In this document: positions 10,153 through 28,816 of the stretch, piece by piece
Layout of the letters: every line of letters starts with the position of its first letter
Numbering within the stretch: the first letter of the stretch is position 1
Source of the DNA: Escherichia coli
GTDB taxonomy: Bacteria; Pseudomonadota; Gammaproteobacteria; Enterobacterales; Enterobacteriaceae
Length of the DNA stretch: 64,000 nucleotides
Direction: 5' to 3' (one strand)
Assembly (NCBI RefSeq): GCF_013122565.1
Contig: NZ_CP053258.1
Made by a program: the position numbers and the translations under genes
Notes under the pieces: model-generated
Told to the model about the DNA's origin: nothing
The model's input: only the letters and a program-made list of their open reading frames with translations
The model's database searches: none

Positions 10153-10830
10153 TTATTCGGTGATTTTAAAGGTAACCGTTGCCAGCGTGTTATCCGCCGG
10201 GAGAACCGAGGCATTGCCTTTGAATTTAACTTCACCTCGTTTTTCAACTGCACCATAAGTGTATGTTGCATTGCTGACGATGCCGACCGGGCAGCTATCC
10301 AGACACACCAGGCAGCCCGTTTTCTTCTCTTCTGCTGCCGTTAAATTACCGCCAAAGCGCATGTCCAGTTTCTTGCCATTACTGTCAACAATCACTTCAT
10401 CGAAGGAATACGTTTTTGCCGCCCCTTGCCAGTTGACCGAAATATCCAGTTTGCTGCCTGTGACATGAGTCGTTTCTTTATTATCCATCGTCATGTTTTC
10501 GCCCGGTGTACCACCTGCCTCTTTCAGGGCTTCATAAAATGCTTTCGGGGTCGCATAACCCATAAACAGCGATTTATGTCCGTTGGAGCCATCTTTAAAC
10601 ACAATACCGTGACGAGTGTCGTCGGTGAGGAAACGACCATTAATTTGCACCAGCATGGTTACCGTATGGTTATTGGCATCGACGCGCAGCGGTTGGCTGT
10701 TCGAAAGTCCGTCGTATTCCACTTTTGCCGCCGCATTCTCTTTTTGATCGCAGCCGCTAAGCCCAGCAACAGCCAGTAAGCAGAGTGCAGTCAGTCCTTT
10801 TTTCCATGACACTGAATAATGTTGCAACAT
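10153..10830 (-). CDS. ydjY: Putative lipoprotein YdjY
   Basis: Internal start MLQHYS... gives signal peptide plus lipobox LSGC; Cys cluster CLVCLDSC near C-terminus; longer upstream ORF extension rejected because it overlaps ydjX. Confidence 0.8.
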   Translation of the reverse strand: MLQHYSVSWKKGLTALCLLAVAGLSGCDQKENAAAKVEYDGLSNSQPLRVDANNHTVTMLVQINGRFLTDDTRHGIVFKDGSNGHKSLFMGYATPKAFYEALKEAGGTPGENMTMDNKETTHVTGSKLDISVNWQGAAKTYSFDEVIVDSNGKKLDMRFGGNLTAAEEKKTGCLVCLDSCPVGIVSNATYTYGAVEKRGEVKFKGNASVLPADNTLATVTFKITE

Positions 10831-10834
10831 CGTT

Positions 10835-11545
10835 CTATCCTTCATTTTTTGGGTGAGTAAGTGGGTTGCGGCGCGAAGCAGACAGATCCACATGTTTGTG
10901 TCGGGCGTAGAGTTTTGCGAGCTGGACGAGAATAAACAGCGCCAGGCCCGCCAGACAGAGTTGTAAAATAAAGCGCAGCGTAATGCCTTCATTGGCGAGA
11001 TCGCTTGCCATCACGGTATAAATAACAATACCGGGCAGGGTCGTGAGTGCCGAAATAAGGGTATAAGGCCAGAAGGCGATTGTGGTTAATCCGTAAGCGT
11101 AATTTTGAATATTGTAAGGAAACAACGGGATTAAGCGGGTCAGAATAAGAAAATCAATACCGTTACGCGCAATGCCTTTTTCAATGGCCTGGAAGGTATG
11201 GCTATGGCCAACGTATTTCAGCAGTAAATCACGTCCCAGCCAGCGCGCCAGCAGGAATGAGCACGAGGAGGCCAGCGTGGCGGCAATTAATGAGAGTAGT
11301 GTCCCTAAGAGCGGGCCAAAAACTATTCCTCCAGCGATCACCAGTATGCTTCCTGGTAACAGAAAGAGGGTGGCAATGATGAATAACAGAATATAGAGGC
11401 TATAACCGAACAATCCGCTCTGGCGGATGAGTGTCTGTAAGTGGGGTAAATCGGTGAGCAGATCGAATAAACCGAAAGCGTGGATAGCGTAAATGACCAG
11501 CGCAAAAATAAGACAGGCAAAAAGAAATTTACGCTCAGCGTTCAT
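10835..11545 (-). CDS. ydjX: DedA / TVP38-TMEM64 family inner membrane protein
   Basis: Polytopic membrane ORF; first gene of the co-directional ydjXYZ-ynjABCD cluster. Confidence 0.8.
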   Translation of the reverse strand: MNAERKFLFACLIFALVIYAIHAFGLFDLLTDLPHLQTLIRQSGLFGYSLYILLFIIATLFLLPGSILVIAGGIVFGPLLGTLLSLIAATLASSCSFLLARWLGRDLLLKYVGHSHTFQAIEKGIARNGIDFLILTRLIPLFPYNIQNYAYGLTTIAFWPYTLISALTTLPGIVIYTVMASDLANEGITLRFILQLCLAGLALFILVQLAKLYARHKHVDLSASRRNPLTHPKNEG

Positions 11546-11711
11546 CGTGGAGTTTCCTATATCAAACTTGATAATAGAGAAGTGGTCAGACAACTAAAAA
11601 CGCAGTGACGGTATAACAAAGGACGGCAGGCAACAAATCATTACTGACAGTTTGTTGATTTTTCTCAAGGTTAATTCTCCTGACCCAGTTTGAGCCAGGA
11701 GAGCTGCTAAA

Positions 11712-12518
11712 TTAGCGGCGGAAGGTCGCCCAGACGGGGGCGTGATCGGACGGTTTTTCCATGCTGCGAATTTCATAGTCGATGCCGGTTTCTACGCAAC
11801 ATTCTGCCAGCGGTTGGCTGGCGAGCAGCAGGTCGATGCGCAGACCACGGTTATCGTCAAAACCTTTTGAGCGGTAATCAAACCATGAGAAACGATCTGC
11901 TGTTTGCGGATTCGCATGGCGGAAGGTATCGACCAACCCCCAGCTCATCAGTCTCTCCATCCATTCGCGCTCTTCCGGCAGGAAAGAGCATTTACCGGTA
12001 CGCAGCCAGCGCTTACGGTTTTCTTCGCCAATGCCGATATCCAGATCTGTAGGGCTGATATTCATATCGCCCATAATCAGTACCGGATTATCACGTTTGA
12101 GTTCGGTTTCCAGATAGTTTTGCAGATTCTGATAAAACTGCGCCTTTGCCGGGAATTTTATCGGATGGTCGCGGCTTTCACCCTGCGGGAAGTAACCGTT
12201 GATCACGGTGACATTGCCCAGCGGCGAGGGGATTTCCGCCATAATAATCCGCCGTTGCGCCTCTTCGTCGTCACCGGGAAAGCCGCGACGCACGGCAATC
12301 GGCGTCTCTTTGGTCAGCAGCGCCACGCCATAATGGCCTTTCTGCCCGTGATAAAACACGTTGTAGCCAAGCTTCGCCACCTCTTCGAGCGGAAACATAT
12401 CGTCATGAACTTTTGTCTCCTGCAGGCCAATCACATCCGGCTGGTGCTTTTCGACGATGGCTTCAAGCTGGTGGGGTCTGGCGCGCAGGCCGTTGATATT
12501 AAAAGAGACAAATTTCAT
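11712..12518 (-). CDS. xthA: Exodeoxyribonuclease III (AP endonuclease)
   Basis: 268-aa [17 protein letters not shown]...; exonuclease-endonuclease-phosphatase fold motifs. Confidence 0.95.
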   Translation of the reverse strand: MKFVSFNINGLRARPHQLEAIVEKHQPDVIGLQETKVHDDMFPLEEVAKLGYNVFYHGQKGHYGVALLTKETPIAVRRGFPGDDEEAQRRIIMAEIPSPLGNVTVINGYFPQGESRDHPIKFPAKAQFYQNLQNYLETELKRDNPVLIMGDMNISPTDLDIGIGEENRKRWLRTGKCSFLPEEREWMERLMSWGLVDTFRHANPQTADRFSWFDYRSKGFDDNRGLRIDLLLASQPLAECCVETGIDYEIRSMEKPSDHAPVWATFRR

Positions 12519-12795
12519 AGTCGCTGCCATTTATTCAGATAAAGAGTGCGTGGATGGTAGCAGAATTTCGCTGTGCTTACCGCCTGTTGTTAAGTGATTT
12601 GATCGATGGTTGTTAATGATGTCAACGATGGCGCAAAAAATGCCCGCTTTTGGTGCGCGCTGCGTCAGAATGGCGCAGTAATTTCCAGTAAATTTCGTCA
12701 ATGATCACAATTCCAGAATTATATTTTACTTTTGCATAACATTGCGTTTTTTATTCTTTTTATCCATCCACATCACAAACGTATTCACTTTATAT

Positions 12796-12810
12796 GCACT
12801 TTTAGTGCAT
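12796..12810 (+). promoter_or_regulatory. NtrC-type palindromic enhancer-like site upstream of astC
   Basis: tgcacttttagtgca, a TGCAC-N5-GTGCA palindrome, about 80 bp upstream of the sigma54 element. Confidence 0.5.
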
Positions 12811-12875
12811 ATCGTCCGGTTGTAACTCCTTGATTAACAGTTAATCGCTCCCTTTTATGCACTTTTATCACTGGC

Positions 12876-12891
12876 TGGCACGAACCCTGCA
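12876..12891 (+). promoter_or_regulatory. Sigma54 (-24/-12) promoter element of the astCADBE operon
   Basis: tggcacgaaccctgca = TGGCAC-N5-CTGCA, about 70 bp upstream of the astC start. Confidence 0.65.
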
Positions 12892-12927
12892 ATCTACATT
12901 TACAGCGCAATCATTACTTATTATTAA

Positions 12928-18991
<6,064 letters not shown>

Positions 18992-19320
18992 TACTTACCC
19001 GCAGAAATCTTTCTGCGGGTATTAAGTTACCTTCTTATAAATTAATACAGATTAATCCTGGTTATTTGCTTTATTTATCACCAGTCATCCGGTATAGTTC
19101 TTCATAATCTCTGCAAAATCATGGTGTTGTAATATTCTCTTATCACTCTCCATCAAATTTTCTTTTTTTCTCCATAATTGGCGCAAAAGTGTTTTTTACA
19201 CTTTCATTGTTTTACCGTTGCTCTGATTAATTGACGCTAAAGTCAGTAAAGTTAATCTCGTCAACACGGCACGCTACTTAAGAAAGCCGTAATAAATAAC
19301 TGAAAGGAAGGATATAGAAT

Positions 19321-19806
19321 ATGCGTAAATTAACTGCACTGTTTGTTGCCTCTACCCTGGCTCTTGGCGCGGCTAACCTGGCCCATGCCGCAGACACCAC
19401 TACCGCAGCACCGGCTGACGCGAAGCCGATGATGCACCATAAAGGCAAGTTCGGTCCGCATCAGGACATGATGTTCAAAGACCTGAACCTGACCGACGCG
19501 CAAAAACAGCAGATCCGCGAAATCATGAAAGGCCAGCGTGACCAGATGAAACGTCCGCCGCTGGAAGAACGCCGCGCAATGCATGACATCATTGCCAGCG
19601 ATACCTTCGATAAAGCAAAAGCTGAAGCGCAGATCGCAAAAATGGAAGAACAGCGCAAAGCTAACATGCTGGCGCACATGGAAACCCAGAACAAAATTTA
19701 CAACATCCTGACGCCGGAACAGAAAAAGCAATTTAATGCTAATTTTGAGAAGCGTCTGACAGAACGTCCAGCGGCAAAAGGTAAAATGCCTGCAACTGCT
19801 GAATAA
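19321..19806 (+). CDS. spy: Periplasmic ATP-independent chaperone Spy (spheroplast protein Y)
   Basis: 161-aa ORF with signal peptide and LTDAQKQQIREIM... motifs. Confidence 0.95.
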   Translation: MRKLTALFVASTLALGAANLAHAADTTTAAPADAKPMMHHKGKFGPHQDMMFKDLNLTDAQKQQIREIMKGQRDQMKRPPLEERRAMHDIIASDTFDKAKAEAQIAKMEEQRKANMLAHMETQNKIYNILTPEQKKQFNANFEKRLTERPAAKGKMPATAE

Positions 19807-19828
19807 TCTTTCAGCCAAAAAACTTAAG

Positions 19829-19890
19829 ACCGCCGGTCTTGTCCACTACCTTGCAGTAATGCGGTGGACAGGATCGGCGGTTTTCTTTTC
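19829..19890 (+). terminator. Intrinsic terminator downstream of spy
   Basis: Long imperfect hairpin accgccggtcttgtcc...ggacaggatcggcggt followed by a T-rich tract. Confidence 0.6.
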
Positions 19891-19930
19891 TCTTCTCAAA
19901 TAGTTGTAAAAAAAGCCTGATCGCCACTAA

Positions 19931-21431
<1,501 letters not shown>

Positions 21432-21445
21432 TGTTGACTCCGAAT

Positions 21446-21463
21446 GCTGGTTATCTATCCAGT
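21446..21463 (-). promoter_or_regulatory. LexA (SOS) box upstream of cho
   Basis: Minus-strand reading cactggatagataaccagca, a CTGG-N8-CCAG palindrome immediately upstream of the cho start. Confidence 0.55.
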
Positions 21464-21520
21464 GTAACAGGCGGGGAGCGATTAAAAAAGAGGCGGGTCG
21501 ATGACAAAGGTTACACCGTC

Positions 21521-21625
21521 AGACGTGCTACGCCTGTCAGGCCTATTCGACTCATGCAATGTATTGAATTTGCATAGTTTTGTGGGGCGAATAAGGCGTT
21601 CACGCCGCATCCGGCGTGAACAAAT
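21521..21625. repeat. REP/RIP-type repeat element (BIME-like) between cho and nadE
   Basis: Palindromic REP gccggatgcggcgtgaacgccttat plus conserved core tgcaatgtattgaatttgcatagttttgt; near-identical copy at 28691..28750. Confidence 0.7.
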
Positions 21626-21660
21626 TACTCTTTTTCGCACAAACCAGTATGTGCAAATTA

Positions 21661-22488
21661 TTACTTTTTCCAGAAATCATCGAAAACGGTAATTGGCGGA
21701 CGGCGTTTGTGTTCGGTTTTCAGATACCAGTTCTCTATTGTTCTGGCGACCTGTTCAGGTAGGTTTTTCCCTTCCAGATAGTCGTCGATATTGTCATAGG
21801 TCACGCCGAGTGCCACTTCATCTGGCAGAGAAGGGCGATCATCTTCCAGATCGGCAGTTGGGGCTTTCTTATAAAGGTGTTCCGGGCAACCTAATGCCGC
21901 CAGTAACTGTTTACCCTGACGTTTGTTGAGACGATACAGTGGATTAATGTCCGTACCGCCGTCACCATATTTAGTGAAGAATCCGGTAATGGCTTCTGCT
22001 GCATGATCGGTGCCCACCACGACACCGCTGGTCATACCCGCAATGCTATATTGTGCTTTCATCCGCTCACGCGCTTTTTCATTGCCACGGACAAAATCGC
22101 TCAGTTCAATTCCTGCTTCCCGCAATGCCTGCTCGCTGGCCAATACCGCGCCCTTGATATTAACGGTTAATACGCGATCCGGTTGAATAAAGGCAATGGC
22201 ATCCTGGCAATCTTGTTCGTCGGCCTGAACACCATAGGGCAGGCGTACGGCAATAAATTGCAGTGATTCGTTGCCGGTTTCCTGGCGCAGCTCATTAATC
22301 GCCATCTGGCACAGCTTTCCGGCAAGCGTGGAGTCCTGACCGCCGCTGATCCCTAGCACCAGTGATTTAATGAACGGATAAGTTTGCAGGTAGCTTTTCA
22401 GAAAATCGACACTACGACGAATTTCCTCTTCAGCATTAATCTGCGGTTTTGCGCCCAGCGCCTTTATTATTTGTTGTTGCAATGTCAT
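21661..22488 (-). CDS. nadE: NH3-dependent NAD+ synthetase
   Basis: 275-aa ORF with PP-loop ATPase motif SGGQDS. Confidence 0.95.
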   Translation of the reverse strand: MTLQQQIIKALGAKPQINAEEEIRRSVDFLKSYLQTYPFIKSLVLGISGGQDSTLAGKLCQMAINELRQETGNESLQFIAVRLPYGVQADEQDCQDAIAFIQPDRVLTVNIKGAVLASEQALREAGIELSDFVRGNEKARERMKAQYSIAGMTSGVVVGTDHAAEAITGFFTKYGDGGTDINPLYRLNKRQGKQLLAALGCPEHLYKKAPTADLEDDRPSLPDEVALGVTYDNIDDYLEGKNLPEQVARTIENWYLKTEHKRRPPITVFDDFWKK

Positions 22489-22689
22489 TGAACCCCTCCA
22501 GACAGAAAAGACAAAACTTCCTTAAAGCTAACCCGTTGCTACTGAAACGACAAGCGACAGCGGGTTGAATGGTGGTTAAAACGTCATACAGGAATCCTCT
22601 GAAAGCGGAGCCGTTTCGTTCACGGGCTTGAAAAAGCGCCCAATGTATTCCAGGCTTATCTAACACGCTGATAAACAAGAGGACGGAAT

Positions 22690-23028
22690 ATGAACAAGAA
22701 TATGGCAGGAATTCTGAGTGCAGCGGCGGTATTAACCATGCTGGCGGGTTGTACGGCTTATGATCGTACCAAAGACCAGTTTGTACAGCCTGTGGTGAAA
22801 GACGTCAAAAAAGGCATGAGCCGGGCGCAGGTTGCACAAATTGCGGGTAAACCTTCGTCTGAAGTGAGCATGATCCATGCTCGTGGTACTTGCCAGACCT
22901 ACATCCTGGGTCAACGTGATGGTAAAGCAGAAACCTACTTTGTCGCGTTAGATGATACCGGACATGTCATCAACTCCGGTTATCAAACCTGTGCTGAATA
23001 CGACACTGATCCACAGGCTGCGAAGTAA
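22690..23028 (+). CDS. osmE: Osmotically inducible lipoprotein OsmE
   Basis: 112-aa ORF with lipobox LAGC. Confidence 0.93.
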
Positions 23029-23060
23029 TCACTTCGTCTGACAGCTTGAGTAACAACGGA

Positions 23061-23088
23061 AACCGGCCATTGCGCCGGTTTTTTTTGG
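23061..23088 (+). terminator. Intrinsic terminator downstream of osmE
   Basis: Hairpin aaccggc-cattgc-gccggtt followed by TTTTTTTT. Confidence 0.8.
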
Positions 23089-23326
23089 CCTGTGTTCTTA
23101 ATTATCTTCGCGAATTATTTGCCCGAAATGTGAAGAGGGTCATAACCACAGGTCAAGCAGAGACAATTTATAAGGTCAAAGAAATACTATTGCTCAGGTC
23201 TATACCGTATACTCCTTTCAGCCACAAAAAAAGTCATGTTGGTTTCGCAAGTTACCCAGAGCATGGAAGCAGGTTAAGGCTTGCGGAGTGTCTGGCTGAC
23301 AGATAATCGTCGATGAGGGCAGTTTT

Positions 23327-23647
23327 ATGGAAAAGAAACACATTTATCTGTTTTGTTCTGCGGGCATGTCTACCTCTTTACTGGTATCAAAAATGCGCGC
23401 ACAGGCAGAAAAATATGAAGTTCCGGTCATTATTGAAGCATTTCCGGAAACACTGGCTGGTGAAAAAGGTCAGAATGCCGATGTCGTGTTATTAGGGCCG
23501 CAGATTGCTTATATGTTGCCCGAAATCCAGCGTTTGTTACCCAACAAACCGGTTGAAGTAATTGACTCGCTGCTTTATGGCAAAGTCGATGGTTTAGGCG
23601 TGCTTAAGGCTGCGGTTGCAGCGATTAAAAAAGCCGCAGCAAATTAA
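23327..23647 (+). CDS. chbB: PTS chitobiose-specific EIIB component
   Basis: 106-aa ORF with phosphorylation-site Cys ([10 protein letters not shown]). Confidence 0.95.
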   Translation: MEKKHIYLFCSAGMSTSLLVSKMRAQAEKYEVPVIIEAFPETLAGEKGQNADVVLLGPQIAYMLPEIQRLLPNKPVEVIDSLLYGKVDGLGVLKAAVAAIKKAAAN

Positions 23648-23731
23648 TTTATTTTAAATTTTCCCGTCAAAGAGTTATTTCATAAATCAATACCGCAATA
23701 TTTAAATTGCGGTTTTTAAGGGTATTTTTCT

Positions 23732-25090
23732 ATGAGTAATGTTATTGCATCGCTTGAAAAGGTACTCCTCCCTTTTGCAGTTAAAATAGGAAAGCAGCCA
23801 CACGTTAATGCAATCAAAAATGGCTTTATTCGCTTAATGCCGTTAACCCTTGCGGGGGCCATGTTTGTATTAATTAACAACGTTTTTCTAAGCTTTGGGG
23901 AGGGGTCGTTTTTTTATTCTTTAGGTATTCGCCTCGACGCCTCAACCATTGAAACACTTAATGGTCTGAAAGGTATTGGCGGCAACGTATATAACGGAAC
24001 ATTAGGGATAATGTCTTTAATGGCACCGTTCTTCATTGGTATGGCGCTGGCAGAAGAGCGTAAAGTCGATGCGCTGGCGGCTGGGTTGTTATCCGTTGCA
24101 GCATTTATGACCGTCACCCCATATAGTGTCGGTGAGGCCTATGCGGTTGGCGCAAACTGGTTAGGTGGGGCGAATATCATCTCCGGGATTATTATTGGCC
24201 TGGTGGTGGCAGAAATGTTTACCTTTATTGTCCGCCGCAATTGGGTGATTAAATTGCCCGACAGCGTACCTGCTTCAGTATCGCGTTCCTTCTCGGCATT
24301 AATTCCCGGCTTTATTATTCTTTCCGTGATGGGGATTATTGCCTGGGCGTTGAATACCTGGGGCACCAACTTCCATCAGATCATTATGGATACCATCTCA
24401 ACCCCACTGGCATCGTTGGGTAGTGTGGTGGGCTGGGCCTATGTGATCTTTGTTCCACTGCTCTGGTTCTTCGGTATTCATGGTGCGCTGGCGCTGACCG
24501 CACTGGACAACGGCATTATGACGCCTTGGGCGCTGGAAAATATCGCGACCTATCAGCAATATGGTTCCGTCGAAGCGGCGCTGGCAGCCGGTAAGACCTT
24601 CCATATCTGGGCCAAGCCGATGCTGGACTCCTTTATTTTTCTTGGGGGCAGTGGTGCGACTTTAGGCCTGATCCTGGCTATCTTTATCGCCTCTCGCCGT
24701 GCTGATTATCGTCAGGTGGCAAAACTGGCGCTGCCGTCCGGCATCTTCCAGATTAACGAACCGATTCTGTTTGGTTTGCCAATTATCATGAACCCGGTGA
24801 TGTTTATCCCGTTTGTACTGGTACAACCGATTCTGGCGGCAATCACCCTGGCAGCGTACTACATGGGCATTATTCCTCCGGTGACCAATATTGCACCGTG
24901 GACCATGCCAACCGGTCTGGGAGCCTTCTTTAACACCAACGGTAGCGTCGCCGCATTGCTGGTCGCACTCTTCAACCTTGGCATCGCAACGTTAATTTAT
25001 CTGCCCTTTGTTGTGGTGGCTAACAAAGCACAAAATGCGATTGATAAAGAAGAGAGCGAAGAAGATATCGCTAACGCCCTGAAATTTTAA
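23732..25090 (+). CDS. chbC: PTS chitobiose-specific EIIC permease
   Basis: 452-aa polytopic membrane ORF of the lactose/cellobiose EIIC family. Confidence 0.95.
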
Positions 25091-25140
25091 TCGATGCCGG
25101 TACGGGTAACGCTGTACCGGGAATAAATGAGGAACGATAT

Positions 25141-25491
25141 ATGATGGATCTTGACAATATTCCTGATACGCAAACAGAAGCTGAAGAGCTGGAAGAAGTG
25201 GTGATGGGGCTTATCATCAACTCCGGACAAGCGCGCAGCCTGGCGTATGCCGCACTGAAACAGGCGAAGCAGGGCGATTTTGCCGCAGCAAAAGCCATGA
25301 TGGATCAGTCACGGATGGCATTGAATGAAGCGCATCTGGTACAGACGAAACTGATTGAAGGCGATGCGGGCGAAGGTAAGATGAAAGTGAGTCTGGTGCT
25401 GGTCCACGCTCAGGATCATTTAATGACGTCTATGCTTGCGCGTGAACTGATTACTGAATTAATTGAGCTTCATGAAAAACTGAAGGCATAA
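25141..25491 (+). CDS. chbA: PTS chitobiose-specific EIIA component
   Basis: 116-aa helical EIIA ORF. Confidence 0.95.
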   Translation: MMDLDNIPDTQTEAEELEEVVMGLIINSGQARSLAYAALKQAKQGDFAAAKAMMDQSRMALNEAHLVQTKLIEGDAGEGKMKVSLVLVHAQDHLMTSMLARELITELIELHEKLKA

Positions 25492-25498
25492 GGAGTCG

Positions 25499-26341
25499 AT
25501 GATGCAGCCAGTGATTAACGCGCCGGAAATTGCCACTGCCCGGGAACAGCAGTTGTTTAATGGCAAAAACTTCCATGTGTTTATCTATAACAAAACTGAG
25601 AGTATCAGCGGACTGCATCAGCACGACTATTATGAATTTACTCTGGTATTAACCGGGCGTTATTTCCAGGAGATTAACGGTAAGCGCGTTTTACTGGAAC
25701 GGGGCGATTTTGTTTTTATTCCGTTAGGTTCGCACCATCAAAGCTTTTATGAGTTTGGTGCCACGCGCATATTGAACGTTGGGATCAGTAAACGCTTTTT
25801 TGAGCAGCATTACCTGCCGTTGTTGCCTTATTGCTTTGTAGCTTCGCAGGTATACCGGACCAATAACGCTTTTCTCACCTATATGGAAACAGTGATTTCT
25901 TCATTGAATTTCCGCGAAACAGGGCTGGAAGAGTTTGTTGAGATGGTTACTTTTTATGTCATTAACCGTTTACGTCATTACCGCGAAGAACAGGTGATTG
26001 ATGATGTACCGCAGTGGCTGAAAAGTACGGTAGAAAAGATGCATGATAAAGAGCAGTTTAGTGAATCGGCGCTGGAGAATATGGTGACGTTGTCAGCCAA
26101 ATCACAGGAATATTTGACGCGAGCGACCCAACGATATTATGGCAAAACGCCAATGCAGATTATTAATGAAATCCGTATTAATTTTGCCAAAAAACAACTG
26201 GAAATGACTAACTATTCAGTGACGGACATTGCGTTTGAGGCCGGTTATAGTAGCCCGAGTTTGTTTATTAAAACGTTTAAGAAATTAACGTCCTTTACGC
26301 CTAAGAGCTATCGTAAGAAATTGACTGAATTTAATCAGTAA
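25499..26341 (+). CDS. chbR: AraC-family dual regulator of the chb operon
   Basis: 280-aa ORF with C-terminal AraC-type HTH. Confidence 0.95.
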   Translation: MMQPVINAPEIATAREQQLFNGKNFHVFIYNKTESISGLHQHDYYEFTLVLTGRYFQEINGKRVLLERGDFVFIPLGSHHQSFYEFGATRILNVGISKRFFEQHYLPLLPYCFVASQVYRTNNAFLTYMETVISSLNFRETGLEEFVEMVTFYVINRLRHYREEQVIDDVPQWLKSTVEKMHDKEQFSESALENMVTLSAKSQEYLTRATQRYYGKTPMQIINEIRINFAKKQLEMTNYSVTDIAFEAGYSSPSLFIKTFKKLTSFTPKSYRKKLTEFNQ

Positions 26342-26444
26342 GTCGTTATACCTGACAATTCACATATCTGTCCTGTTGCTGGATTATTTATGTCCGGGGG
26401 GCAGATATGCAAGATATCAGTATTCTGTACTGAAGGGAGAAATT

Positions 26445-27797
26445 ATGAGCCAGAAATTAAAAGTCGTCACTATTGGTGGCGGGAGCAGCTATACCCCGGA
26501 GTTACTGGAAGGATTTATTAAGCGATACCACGAATTGCCGGTCAGCGAATTATGGCTGGTGGATGTCGAAGGTGGTAAAGCTAAACTGGATATTATTTTT
26601 GATCTCTGCCAACGGATGATTGATAACGCTGGCGTCCCGATTAAGCTTTATAAAACGCTGGATCGCCGCGAAGCATTGAAAGATGCTGATTTCGTTACTA
26701 CCCAACTGCGCGTTGGCCAATTACCGGCGCGCGAACTGGATGAACGTATTCCATTAAGTCATGGTTATCTTGGTCAGGAAACCAACGGCGCGGGCGGTCT
26801 GTTTAAAGGTCTGCGTACCATTCCGGTGATTTTTGACATCGTAAAAGATGTCGAAGAACTTTGTCCGAATGCATGGGTGATTAACTTCACTAACCCGGCG
26901 GGAATGGTCACTGAAGCCGTTTATCGTCATACCGGATTTAAACGCTTTATCGGCGTGTGTAATATTCCGATCGGCATGAAGATGTTTATTCGCGATGTTC
27001 TGATGCTGAAAGACAGCGATGATTTATCTATCGATCTGTTCGGCCTCAACCATATGGTATTCATTAAGGATGTGCTGGTAAATGGCAAATCTCGCTTTGC
27101 CGAATTACTTGATGGTGTGGCATCCGGGCAGTTAAAAGCATCTGGCGTTAAAAATATTTTCGATCTGCCATTTAGCGAAGGCTTAATTCGTTCTCTGAAT
27201 CTGTTGCCGTGTTCTTATTTGCTTTATTACTTCAAGCAAAAAGAGATGTTGGCTATTGAAATGGGCGAATACTACAAAGGTGGCGCACGAGCGCAGGTAG
27301 TACAGAAAGTCGAGAAACAACTTTTTGAGCTGTATAAAAACCCGGAGTTGAAAGTTAAGCCGAAAGAACTGGAACAGCGCGGTGGGGCTTATTACTCTGA
27401 TGCAGCGTGCGAAGTGATCAACGCTATCTACAACGACAAGCAAGCAGAACATTACGTTAATATCCCGCATCATGGGCATATTGATAATATTCCGGCAGAC
27501 TGGGCGGTAGAAATGACCTGTAAGCTGGGGCGCGATGGCGCGACGCCACATCCGCGCATTACGCATTTCGATGATAAAGTGATGGGGCTGATTCACACCA
27601 TTAAAGGCTTCGAGATTGCTGCCAGCAACGCCGCACTTAGCGGAGAATTTAACGATGTGTTACTGGCGCTAAACCTTAGTCCGTTGGTGCATTCCGATCG
27701 CGATGCTGAGCTGCTGGCACGCGAGATGATTCTGGCGCACGAGAAATGGCTGCCAAATTTTGCCGACTGCATCGCAGAGCTTAAAAAAGCACATTAA
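26445..27797 (+). CDS. chbF: 6-phospho-beta-glucosidase (family 4 glycoside hydrolase, NAD/Mn-dependent)
   Basis: N-terminal Rossmann motif KVVTIGGGSSYTPEL; internal ATG at 26445 gives about 450 aa. Confidence 0.93.
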   Translation: MSQKLKVVTIGGGSSYTPELLEGFIKRYHELPVSELWLVDVEGGKAKLDIIFDLCQRMIDNAGVPIKLYKTLDRREALKDADFVTTQLRVGQLPARELDERIPLSHGYLGQETNGAGGLFKGLRTIPVIFDIVKDVEELCPNAWVINFTNPAGMVTEAVYRHTGFKRFIGVCNIPIGMKMFIRDVLMLKDSDDLSIDLFGLNHMVFIKDVLVNGKSRFAELLDGVASGQLKASGVKNIFDLPFSEGLIRSLNLLPCSYLLYYFKQKEMLAIEMGEYYKGGARAQVVQKVEKQLFELYKNPELKVKPKELEQRGGAYYSDAACEVINAIYNDKQAEHYVNIPHHGHIDNIPADWAVEMTCKLGRDGATPHPRITHFDDKVMGLIHTIKGFEIAASNAALSGEFNDVLLALNLSPLVHSDRDAELLAREMILAHEKWLPNFADCIAELKKAH

Positions 27798-28559
<762 letters not shown>

Positions 28560-28570
28560 GTGAGGATGTT

Positions 28571-28812
28571 TGCCAGATGCGGCGTGAACCTTGCATCCGG
28601 CGATTAATTCCTACAAAGGCGGCGTAACTGCGCCGCTTGAGACTGCTGACAAACGCAAAACTGCCTGATGCGCTTCGCTTATCAGGCCTACGCGTTTCCT
28701 GCAATATATTGAATTTGCACAGTTTTGTAGGCCGGATAAGGCGTTCACGTCGCATCCGGCATAAACAAAGCGCACTATGTAAATCATTTGAGGCGGCGCA
28801 ACTGCGCCGCCT
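28571..28812. repeat. REP/RIP repeat cluster between chbG and katE
   Basis: At least three REP palindromes plus conserved core tgcaatatattgaatttgcacagttttgt; flanked by two near-identical hairpins ggcggcg(t/c)aactgcgccgc at about 28618 and 28791. Confidence 0.7.
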
Positions 28813-28816
28813 TCCA

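Noticed and set aside
21501..21692. 63-aa ORF, and the similar 71-aa ORF at 28637..28852, sharing the peptide NLHSFVGRIRRSRRIR
   Set aside because: Both lie entirely within REP/RIP repeat elements; the shared peptide is a translation artefact of the repeated DNA, with no ribosome-binding context.
28571..28812. Possible CRISPR-like array suggested by clustered palindromic repeats
   Set aside because: The repeats are imperfect REP palindromes of differing sequence and spacing, with no uniform repeat-spacer periodicity and no cas genes nearby.
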